IMG/VR virus record: IMGVR_UViG_3300022906_000001
Location: 1 to 42,516 of that record
Length of the DNA: 42,516 nt
DNA from: a virus
Taxonomy: Duplodnaviria; Caudoviricetes
Direction: 5' to 3' (one strand)
Below are positions 35,079 through 42,101 of the stretch, one piece after another (positions within the stretch are counted from its first letter, which is position 1; each line of letters opens with the position of its first letter). Both the position numbers and the translations under genes were made by a program. The notes below the pieces were generated by a model. It was not told where the DNA came from and ran no database searches. It saw nothing but the letters and a program-made list of their open reading frames with translations.

Positions 35079-35221
35079 CGCCGTAGCGCCTTCCCCTTGT
35101 AGCCATAGTGCCGAAGTGCGCAGTTCACGCACACGTTGCGGACGGTCTTGCGGGGCCAGCCGGCGTAGATGATGAACGTTGCCGGCCACGGGCAGTGCCC
35201 GCACCTCACGACGGTCGCCAC
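35075..35221 (-). CDS. zinc-ribbon peptide (48 aa, MATVVRCGHC...CVNCALRHY...)
   Basis: GGAGG RBS; two CxxC pairs; fills gap and couples to next gene. Not in ORF track. Confidence 0.6.
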   Translation of the reverse strand: MATVVRCGHCPWPATFIIYAGWPRKTVRNVCVNCALRHYGYKGKALRR

Positions 35222-35610
35222 GACGCCTCCGCATCCTTGAGCAGCTTGGCGAGGCTGACCACGAGGTCGCGGTCGTGGTAGAACGGGCCCTCACGACGGA
35301 TGTCCAGCCCTGCCACCTCACGGAGGTAGACCTCGGCAGCCTCGACCTCGGAATGCCATGCCTGCTGCTCGGGGGTTCGGAAGTAGTTGCCGTATCCGTG
35401 GCTCGACTCATCCCGCTGCGTGTCGAGGCGGAAGCGGCGGGCACCGTGCGTCCACCCCCGCTCAATGCCGCTCGGGGTGTTCGCTGTCAGCCAGGCGCGG
35501 CCGATCTTCGTCACGACCATCTCCGAACGCGTCATGCGCTTGGAGTGGTTGCCGTAGAACACGATGATGGGGTCGCCGACCTTCGGCGTTCCGAGCTCAG
35601 GACGCGGCAT
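35206..35610 (-). CDS. hypothetical beta-barrel-like protein (134 aa)
   Basis: KVGDPIIV...VTKIGRAWL SH3-like pattern; GC3-rich. Confidence 0.65.
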   Translation of the reverse strand: MPRPELGTPKVGDPIIVFYGNHSKRMTRSEMVVTKIGRAWLTANTPSGIERGWTHGARRFRLDTQRDESSHGYGNYFRTPEQQAWHSEVEAAEVYLREVAGLDIRREGPFYHDRDLVVSLAKLLKDAEASWRPS

Positions 35611-36280
35611 CGGTAACCCCCGGGCGGTACGGCTCGGGCGCGCCCATGACGCGGGCGGCGTCATTGACCATGCGCCGGATGTCGTCGGGCTCGAACGTGT
35701 CACAGCAGTCGGTGTCGCGGTGGCCCATGGCCTCGTGATTCTCCTGCTGCCCCTCGATCCATCCGTCGAGCACGTCGAGCAGCGCCTTGCCCATGTCGTA
35801 CGCGGCGCGCCGGATCGCGCGCTTGAGCAACGCCTCGTTCAGGCGGGCGAGGTCGGGGCCGTCGGGGTCGGCCGCTGCGAGGGTCGCGAGGACGTCGGAG
35901 AGGTCGGTGGCGCGCTGCTCGCTCGGCGGGGCCAGCAACGCCAGCGGCACGCCGAGGGTGTTGGCGAGGCGCTTGATCGTGTCGACGAGCGCGTTCACGT
36001 GCTCGGTCGCGTTGACGGGCTCGAAGGCAACCTCGGGCTCAACGACCGGGGCGGGCTCGGGCTGCCAGTCGATGCGACCGAGTTTCCAGTGCCACGAGGC
36101 GCCGACCTTGCGTCGCTCGATCTTGCCGTTCGAGGCGAGGAAGTGCAGCGCGTCACGGGTGACCTGCGCGGACCAAGGCCAGCCGTACGCGTAGAGGCTG
36201 TTGAAAATGTCGGTGGTGCTGAGCCACGCCTCGGTGACGGCGCTGAGCACGGCGGCGGCGCGGTGGTCGATGACGGTCAT
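35597..36280 (-). CDS. protein with N-terminal winged-helix-like domain (227 aa)
   Basis: LSTTDI...VTRDALHFLASNGKIERR...W; GGGAGAGAC RBS. Confidence 0.7.
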   Translation of the reverse strand: MTVIDHRAAAVLSAVTEAWLSTTDIFNSLYAYGWPWSAQVTRDALHFLASNGKIERRKVGASWHWKLGRIDWQPEPAPVVEPEVAFEPVNATEHVNALVDTIKRLANTLGVPLALLAPPSEQRATDLSDVLATLAAADPDGPDLARLNEALLKRAIRRAAYDMGKALLDVLDGWIEGQQENHEAMGHRDTDCCDTFEPDDIRRMVNDAARVMGAPEPYRPGVTDAAS

Positions 36281-36347
36281 GGTGTCTCTCCCAGTGATGA
36301 GCGGTGGTGGCCCGGGGTGGCACGTATCCCCCGGGCCGGGATGATGG

Positions 36348-36929
36348 TCAGGGACGAACGAGCCTGACCGCGTATTCGAGCAGCGCCTCGTCGTGGTCGG
36401 CATCACGAGCCGCGAGGATGTCGGCGGCCGTGACGATCGTGAACTTGTCGAGCCCGTGGCGGTCCCACCACGCCCGCAACTGCGCGACGGCAAGGTGCAG
36501 CGTGTGAGCCTGACGGACGAGCGCGAGGTTTTCGTGCGCGTCCGTCTTGAGCTCGGCTTCGGCGAGCAGGGCGGTCACGTCGGACGGCCGGCCATCGATC
36601 GGGATGCTCGCGCAGATCGCCAACGCCTCGGCGTGGTCGCGCTCGTCCTGCTCGGCGTGCGCCTCGTCCCATGCGTCAGCGATCTGGATGCGGCGCAGCT
36701 CGATGAAGCCGTACTTGCCGTCGGCCCACTCGATCGCTGCGCGCAGGGTGCGCACGTTGCCGACCGCAACGAACATGCGGCAGTGCGTCAGCGTGTCCCA
36801 GAGGTGCCAGCGGACGCCAACCGCGTAACCGTTCTCGCGGTGCGCGTCGACGCGCCTGATCTCGATACCTGTCTCGTCGTGGCGGTAGTGCCCGGCCGCG
36901 ACCTTGGTCCATCCCGGGAACTTCGCCAT
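36348..36929 (-). CDS. hypothetical protein (193 aa)
   Basis: GGGAGAC RBS; first gene after an operator-promoter. Confidence 0.8.
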   Translation of the reverse strand: MAKFPGWTKVAAGHYRHDETGIEIRRVDAHRENGYAVGVRWHLWDTLTHCRMFVAVGNVRTLRAAIEWADGKYGFIELRRIQIADAWDEAHAEQDERDHAEALAICASIPIDGRPSDVTALLAEAELKTDAHENLALVRQAHTLHLAVAQLRAWWDRHGLDKFTIVTAADILAARDADHDEALLEYAVRLVRP

Positions 36930-36960
36930 GTCCGTCTCCCTGCTCGTTGTTTGTCCACGT

Positions 36961-36989
36961 AGCTTAGCAGGTACCTACTAGGTTTGCAT
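36961..36989 (-). promoter_or_regulatory. promoter with operator-like spacer (ATGCAA-17-TAAGCT)
   Basis: Minus strand ACCTAGTAGGTACCTGC-TAAGCT. Confidence 0.8.
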
Positions 36990-37003
36990 AGCGGGGGCAG
37001 GCG

Positions 37004-37039
37004 AAAAGAAAACGGCCCCGTAGCGGCGGGACCGTTTTC
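37004..37039 (-). terminator. rho-independent terminator
   Basis: GAAAACGGTCCCG...CGGGGCCGTTTTC stem followed by TTTT on minus strand. Confidence 0.8.
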
Positions 37040-37056
37040 GCAGGTGAGGCGGGGGG

Positions 37057-37224
37057 TCAGAACGAGTCGTCGCCCTCGTCGCCCTTGGCGATGAGCGTGC
37101 CGGCCGGCAGCTCGACGGTCTCGGGCTGCTCGTGGGTCTCGGCCCGCGCCTCGTCGCCGTGCAGGGCGATGCCCTCTTCGGTGGCGCCCGCCTCGGGGCC
37201 CTCGTGCTGCTGCTCGTTGGTCAT
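37057..37224 (-). CDS. very acidic peptide (55 aa)
   Basis: GGGAGG RBS; Glu/Asp-rich. Confidence 0.65.
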   Translation of the reverse strand: MTNEQQHEGPEAGATEEGIALHGDEARAETHEQPETVELPAGTLIAKGDEGDDSF

Positions 37225-37256
37225 GGTGATACCTCCCGGTTGATGAGCGATTGACG

Positions 37257-37547
37257 CTACGCCAGCAATACCCGCCGCCAGCTCGCGGGAACCTCGCCGC
37301 GTCGGGTGGTGGGGACGTGACGCACCTGGTTGCGGTCGTCGACGAACACGCTCACGTCGCACTTCTGTCGCGGATCGTGGAACGTCCACGGCTCGATGCC
37401 CGCCTCGGCGAGCAGCTCGGGCGTGAGCTGCTGCGGCTCGGGTAGCGCCTGCTGCTCGGCGCGACGGCCCGCCGCGAAGGCATCGTGCAGGGCTTGCACG
37501 GTAGCGTCGGAAAAGTGGATCTCTAGACGTTGCGGTTGCTCTCCCAT
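37257..37547 (-). CDS. hypothetical protein (96 aa), probably leaderless
   Basis: ATG 6 nt after CCTGC-TATCGT extended -10. Confidence 0.7.
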   Translation of the reverse strand: MGEQPQRLEIHFSDATVQALHDAFAAGRRAEQQALPEPQQLTPELLAEAGIEPWTFHDPRQKCDVSVFVDDRNQVRHVPTTRRGEVPASWRRVLLA

Positions 37548-37553
37548 GGCCGC

Positions 37554-37564
37554 ACGATAGCAGG
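37554..37564 (-). promoter_or_regulatory. extended -10 promoter (CCTGC-TATCGT), only partial operator match
   Basis: Shares only CCTGC-TAnnnT with the other promoters. Confidence 0.5.
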
Positions 37565-37595
37565 CGCCCCGGATTGAAACGTATCAAACGAGGGC

Positions 37596-37621
37596 AAAAG
37601 GAAGGGCCCCCGTAGGGGCCC
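37596..37621 (-). terminator. rho-independent terminator
   Basis: GGGCCCC-TACG-GGGGCCC followed by TTCCTTTT. Confidence 0.8.
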
Positions 37622-37625
37622 CGCC

Positions 37626-37892
37626 TCACGCTCCCGGCGGATTGAGCGTTACCGCCGCTGCGTACTCCGCGTCCTGCTTGAGCCCCTCTTCGAGCTCGTC
37701 GAGCCGGTAGCCGCTCACCTCGTCGATGCACTGGCACCGGGTACCGAGCTGGCTGGCGATCTTAGCGAAGTCCTCGACCGTCTCGGGCCGCCCCGCGCCG
37801 GCCTCGATGTCGGCCCACGTCTCGAAGCACCGCATCTGATGTCCGGCCTCGGCCGCTGCCTTCGCTTCCCGTTCCTGCTCCGTCATCATCAT
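37626..37892 (-). CDS. acidic hypothetical protein (88 aa), leaderless monocistronic unit
   Basis: Own promoter 6 nt upstream of ATG and own terminator immediately downstream. Confidence 0.8.
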   Translation of the reverse strand: MMMTEQEREAKAAAEAGHQMRCFETWADIEAGAGRPETVEDFAKIASQLGTRCQCIDEVSGYRLDELEEGLKQDAEYAAAVTLNPPGA

Positions 37893-37898
37893 GTGTTA

Positions 37899-37927
37899 AG
37901 TATAGCAGGAACCTAGTAGGTCTGTAT
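37899..37927 (-). promoter_or_regulatory. promoter with operator-like spacer (-10 TATACT)
   Basis: Minus strand ACCTACTAGGTTCCTGC-TATACT-TAACAC-ATG. Confidence 0.75.
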
Positions 37928-38014
37928 AGGCTGACCTGCTGTTTTCATATGGCGAAGCATGTGGATGGCGTAGCGGTGATGCTTCAGTTTTGAAGTAAAC
38001 CTCGAGGTTTTCGA

Positions 38015-38395
38015 TCAAACCGGACGCGCCAGCCGACGGCAGCCCACGACCGTGCCGCCCTCGTTGCGCACCTGCTCATACGGGACGAGCAGGTCGCGTC
38101 GCTGCGGGATGGCCAGGGCGCACGCCAGGCTGACCACGAACCACGTCGCCGGCAACGCTGGCGGGAGGTTGATGACGTACCCGAACGCCACGTCGAGGAT
38201 GCCGTCGAGCCCTTTGATGTCGAGCACCTCCGTGCCGTAGACCGCGGGTTCGCCGGGTAGCCGTTGCTCACGGATGCGTGCGACGTTGCCCGACGGCGGC
38301 AGCGTCAGAACGGGGGCTTCCGTGGCGGGCGTGACGACGTCCGGTGTGCCGGCCCGGTAGATGTCGATGGCGTGGGGTGTCAGATTGATGATCAT
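38015..38395 (-). CDS. conserved phage protein of the NLTPH...PPSG..AR...VS...RxDL..P...VR...GC type (126 aa), function unknown
   Basis: Recognisable motif pattern; GGGAGAC RBS. Confidence 0.8.
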   Translation of the reverse strand: MIINLTPHAIDIYRAGTPDVVTPATEAPVLTLPPSGNVARIREQRLPGEPAVYGTEVLDIKGLDGILDVAFGYVINLPPALPATWFVVSLACALAIPQRRDLLVPYEQVRNEGGTVVGCRRLARPV

Positions 38396-38419
38396 GGATT
38401 GTCTCCCTTGCTGGCCGAG

Positions 38420-38633
38420 CGGGGACAGATCGGGGACATGTCCCCGCCGCCTCTCGGTAAAAGTGAAAAGTAACCGGATGACTACTCTCCGCGTTGCCGC
38501 CCTGAGCAGGCGATATATAAGGAAGGAAGGAAAATTTTCAACTCACGTATAGGCAGCCAGAGGGGCACCCCCGGGGACATGTCCCCGTTGTGTCCCCGCG
38601 TCCCCGTGTCCCCGTTCCGTCCTCATGTCCCCG
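38420..38633. repeat. iteron-like array flanking an AT-rich core; putative replication origin
   Basis: Nine copies of (T)GTCCCCG/CGGGGAC(A), including two palindromes CGGGGACATGTCCCCG (38431-38446, 38572-38587), around AT-rich 38457-38551; directly after the primase gene. Confidence 0.75.
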
Positions 38634-38635
38634 CC

Positions 38636-41101
38636 TCACACGGGGCGCGATGAGCCCGGACCGAACGCGCGACCACCCTCGGCGACCACGAGCCAGCCGT
38701 GCCGCATCGCCGCGTCGACCGCCTGCTCGGTCAGATGCTTGTCGCGGCCCGCCAGCGTCTTCCTGAGACCGCCGAGCGTCATCGGGCCCTCGTCGTGCAC
38801 CCGCTGTGCCAGCCGGATGCTGACGCGCGTCTCAGCGGTCAGGTCGAGGCTCTCGGAGACCGAGGCGCGGGCGTGGGCACGGTAGTGCTCAGCCTCGGCC
38901 TCGGCCGCCAGCGCGGCGGCCCGAGCTTTTCCCGCTGCCGCCCGGGCGAGCGCCTGTAGGTACTCGCGTACGCGGTCGCTCGTGTCCAGCACGATCTGCG
39001 CGAGGTGCCAGTCGTCGAGCCCCACGTGCCGGCGGCCTTCGAGCAGCGCGAGCAGCGCGGCGACCTTCACCTTGAGCACCGGGTGCTGCGACCGGAACTC
39101 GTCGAGCTCGCCCGTGGCGGTGGTCAGCCAGTGGCCGGCCGGCAGGGCACCGATGTTCTTGGCGTGCTCGATGTCGTAGAGCTCGTCGAGGATCGCCGCC
39201 GCGAACGTGACCGGTGTGAGGTCGGGCAGTGGCGGGGCGTTGACGAGCGTGCCGGGCGTCGGCATGTCCGTGGGGACGTCGGCCGGGAACGGGCTGAGCA
39301 TTTCCCCGGGCCACGGCACCCGCGCCGAGCGGCCCGGGATGCCGGCGTCGACCGCCCAGGCGTACAGGAAGCGCTGAGGCGTGCCGGCCTCGGCGTCGGC
39401 GAGCAGGGGCAGCACGGTCGTGGGCTGGTAGCCGATCATCAGGCCGCAGGCGTACGAGCGGCTCGGCACGGTCCGGGTTGTCTCGACCCTGCCGTTCTTC
39501 TGCCCGATCGCCTCTCCCGACCATGCCGAGCGCAACGTCTCTCCGACCGTGCTGCCCGCGCGCTCGATGAGCTTGTTGAGCGTCGCGCCCTCGTCGGAAT
39601 GGAAGAGGGCATTGTGCCGCACCTGCTTGCGGACCTTCGCCATCTTGGCGGATCCGTCCTTGGCCATGTCGCCCGTGGCTTCCATGGCCTCGCCCATGTA
39701 CGCCTCGGCCATGCCCTCGCCCGAGCCGAGCGGGAACTCTTCGAGGTGCCTGCTGATCTTGATGAGATCGCGGCTCACGGACAGGCCGGACGACTTGCCG
39801 CCGCCGGACGGGCCCACGATCGCCGCGAAGAGGTTGAGGCTTGCCGGCGTGCCGATGCCGGTATCCGCGCGCAGGGTGTGCGGCGCCATGGCGCTCAGCC
39901 GGCAGAGGGTGCCGTAGAACACGACGTCGGCCGAGCGCACCCGGGAGTGCGCTGCCTGCCGGATCCGCCCGAGGCTGCCCCGGGCCTGCCAGAATTCCTC
40001 AGGGAGCGTCAGCGAGCCGCTCGGGGGCGGCGGGAGGGGTTCACCCGTGGCGACCGGTTGCGCCGCCGCCACGGGCACGTCAAAACCCTCGGGAACCGCC
40101 AGCACGGTTGCGGGATCGTGATCACAGGACTGCCGCGGCGCACGGTTGTCGGTGGCCGCGAGCCGGACCGCGCCGACGAGCAGGCGTTGCCACTCCCCGC
40201 CGCGTGCCCGGTCGGCGCCGACGGCCGCCTCGAATGCCTCGGCGAGCGTCGCCACGGCGGCCGGCACACCGCGGTGCCCGTCGCCGCCGAGGCGGACGAT
40301 CGCGGCAAGGGCGTCACGCGCCGTCTCGTGCCGCGCGCCGTCGTCGGTTCGGAGGCTGTGCACAGCCTTTGTGCACACCGTGTGGATAACCGGGCACGGG
40401 TCACCCTGGCGGAGCGCCGACCACCACCCTTGCAGGTCGCTGCCGGCGAGATCGGCCTTCTCGGTCCGGTCGTAGTCGAGCATCAACCCGCGTACCCACG
40501 CCTCGGGCAGCCACGGCAGCTCGCCGGGCTCGGGGCAGTTGCCGATAGACGTGCCGTCCGGCCGCCGCCACATATACAGCGCGCCGCCGGCATCCGGGTT
40601 GGTGCTCGGCCAGACGACCGCGTAGCGGTGGCCCGGCTGAATAATCTCGATGTCCTTCGCCGCCTCGCCCGGCCAGTTGACCTCCCGGCCGTCGAGGTGG
40701 GTCGGCACCCGGTACCAGCGAATGCCGCTCGGCGCCGGCCGAGCACTGCTGACCCACGTGGGCGGCAGCGGCCCGAGGCGCGCTTCGAGCTCGGCGAGCG
40801 CCACGTCGCCGCGCTTAACGATCGTCTTGCCGTTCTCGGTCTTCGTGTACGCGTCCACGTCGAGGCCGATCGTCCCCAGGTTGGCTCGCACGCCGATGTT
40901 CAGCGCGGCCGTACGCGGGTCCTCGGTCCACGCGTACTCGTCGGCGCCGCTCGGGTACGGCTTGCCGTGACCCGTGAACTGCGTCGGTGGCGGGGACTTC
41001 ATGCCCGGGGCGCGCCCGAGGGGCATCGCGCCGAGCCAGCCGGCAGACCGGTATAGGGCAGCAGCTCGCCCGTACGGTCCCGGCTCTGTACCATCTGTCA
41101 T
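38636..41101 (-). CDS. bifunctional DNA primase/polymerase fused to P-loop helicase-like domain (821 aa)
   Basis: NIGVR..LGTIGLDVD, GIRWYR, IEII...HRYAVVWPSTNP Prim-Pol motifs; VGPSGGGKS Walker A, HSDEG Walker B, GTPQRFL. Confidence 0.88.
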   Translation of the reverse strand: MTDGTEPGPYGRAAALYRSAGWLGAMPLGRAPGMKSPPPTQFTGHGKPYPSGADEYAWTEDPRTAALNIGVRANLGTIGLDVDAYTKTENGKTIVKRGDVALAELEARLGPLPPTWVSSARPAPSGIRWYRVPTHLDGREVNWPGEAAKDIEIIQPGHRYAVVWPSTNPDAGGALYMWRRPDGTSIGNCPEPGELPWLPEAWVRGLMLDYDRTEKADLAGSDLQGWWSALRQGDPCPVIHTVCTKAVHSLRTDDGARHETARDALAAIVRLGGDGHRGVPAAVATLAEAFEAAVGADRARGGEWQRLLVGAVRLAATDNRAPRQSCDHDPATVLAVPEGFDVPVAAAQPVATGEPLPPPPSGSLTLPEEFWQARGSLGRIRQAAHSRVRSADVVFYGTLCRLSAMAPHTLRADTGIGTPASLNLFAAIVGPSGGGKSSGLSVSRDLIKISRHLEEFPLGSGEGMAEAYMGEAMEATGDMAKDGSAKMAKVRKQVRHNALFHSDEGATLNKLIERAGSTVGETLRSAWSGEAIGQKNGRVETTRTVPSRSYACGLMIGYQPTTVLPLLADAEAGTPQRFLYAWAVDAGIPGRSARVPWPGEMLSPFPADVPTDMPTPGTLVNAPPLPDLTPVTFAAAILDELYDIEHAKNIGALPAGHWLTTATGELDEFRSQHPVLKVKVAALLALLEGRRHVGLDDWHLAQIVLDTSDRVREYLQALARAAAGKARAAALAAEAEAEHYRAHARASVSESLDLTAETRVSIRLAQRVHDEGPMTLGGLRKTLAGRDKHLTEQAVDAAMRHGWLVVAEGGRAFGPGSSRPV

Positions 41102-41153
41102 TGTGGCCTGTCTCTCCCATGAGTAGTCCGCATGTCTTCGGCACGGAGACGCA

Positions 41154-41191
41154 AACGGCGCGGTCAGCCCTTCCGGGGGCGCCGCGCCGTT
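41154..41191. terminator. hairpin between regulator and primase genes
   Basis: AACGGCGCGG/CCGCGCCGTT 10-bp stem with inner GCCC/GGGC stem; short T run on minus strand. Confidence 0.5.
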
Positions 41192-41212
41192 CGTCTGTCC
41201 GGGGTGTCGACC

Positions 41213-41551
41213 CTACGCCAGCGAGCCCGCGACGTCGGCAACCCGGACGGCCGTCCCGCTGCGCCGCGCCGCCCGCTCGTCGTCACGCTCTTTGAGCTCA
41301 CGCCGGCCACGGACGACGGCCGCCGCGTACCGGTCAGGGTCGCGCTTGTAGAGGCGCGCGATGGCGTCGTCGAGCAGGGCCCGCACTTCCTCCGCCTCGC
41401 GAGGGTTGGCGTACCCGCCGGCCTCGGCAGCGAGCAACGCGAGGCCGGTCGTCAGCTCGCGGGTCTGCCGGTCGACGAGAGCTGTGATCTGTTCTGAGAG
41501 ACGTCGCGCGGCCGTGCTCGTCGGCGGCGTGACGGTCGCGTCACTGTTCAT
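41213..41551 (-). CDS. putative ribbon-helix-helix DNA-binding regulator (112 aa), leaderless
   Basis: EQITALVD strand, RQTRELTTGLA helix, EAEEVRALLDDAI helix; ATG 7 nt after -10; located in the divergent control region. Confidence 0.55.
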   Translation of the reverse strand: MNSDATVTPPTSTAARRLSEQITALVDRQTRELTTGLALLAAEAGGYANPREAEEVRALLDDAIARLYKRDPDRYAAAVVRGRRELKERDDERAARRSGTAVRVADVAGSLA

Positions 41552-41558
41552 GGTCACA

Positions 41559-41588
41559 AAGCTAGCAGAAAACCTAGTGACATCGTAA
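41559..41588 (-). promoter_or_regulatory. leftward promoter with degenerate operator (TTACGA-18-TAGCTT)
   Basis: Minus strand CACTAGGTTTTCTGC-TAGCTT-TGTGACC-ATG. Confidence 0.7.
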
Positions 41589-41600
41589 GGGGTGAGCGGC

Positions 41601-41628
41601 TTGACACCTGCTAGGTACCTGCTAGGGT
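41601..41628 (+). promoter_or_regulatory. rightward promoter with operator-like spacer (TTGACA...TAGGGT)
   Basis: Exact CCTGCTAGGTACCTGCTAG at 41607-41625; consensus -35. Confidence 0.85.
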
Positions 41629-41658
41629 TGTGGCACAACAGAGGAAGGACGACAAGCC

Positions 41659-42000
41659 TTGATAACTCCGATCGTGAGCCGGATCACCCGGCTCAAGCCG
41701 AACGGCTCGACGGTAGTCACGGTCTCCCCGCCGCGGCCGTGCGGGCTGAGCGGGTGCATCGCCGAGCTGCTCGTCGAGATCAAGAGCCAGGGCGCGATCC
41801 GGGCCCACCTCGACGCCGAGCAGGTGACGCAGCTCGTGCACGGGCTCGGCGGGACGGTCCCGGAGTACGACCTGGTCAAGCTCCGTGGCGCGTTCGACCT
41901 GGTCGCGCAGTCCCGTAACCGCAACCGCGCCGAGGCGAAGCGGTGGCGCGAGCGCGCCCTCGCCCTCGGCTATCAGGGCCCGGAAGGGGACGAGTCATGA
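41659..42000 (+). CDS. hypothetical protein (113 aa), first gene of rightward arm
   Basis: TTG start after GAGGAAGGA; GC3-rich; ATGA coupling to next gene. Confidence 0.7.
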   Translation: MITPIVSRITRLKPNGSTVVTVSPPRPCGLSGCIAELLVEIKSQGAIRAHLDAEQVTQLVHGLGGTVPEYDLVKLRGAFDLVAQSRNRNRAEAKRWRERALALGYQGPEGDES

Positions 42001-42101
42001 TCCGCATCTACCTCGCCGTTGGTCTGCTCGCGCTGCGCCTACGGTTCGATCGCGTGCGTGCGGCGTACGCCTACCGGGGTGCGCACTGGGCGGTGGCGTG
42101 A
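41997..42101 (+). CDS. small peptide (34 aa, MIRIYLAVGLLALRLRFDRVRAAYAYRGAHWAVA)
   Basis: ATGA and TGATG coupling at both ends. Not in ORF track. Confidence 0.55.
   Translation: MIRIYLAVGLLALRLRFDRVRAAYAYRGAHWAVA

Noticed and set aside
36309-36337. Intergenic hairpin GGCCCGGGG/CCCCGGGCC as a terminator
   Set aside because: No T tract and lies within an apparent operon; may be a stability element, but unsupported.
38015-38395. AcrIII-1 (DUF1874) ring nuclease
   Set aside because: Similar size, but it lacks the GH active-site and NAFS-type motifs I associate with that family; left as unknown.
38420-38633. CRISPR mini-array
   Set aside because: Repeats are 7-8 bp, in both orientations, with irregular spacing; no cas genes.
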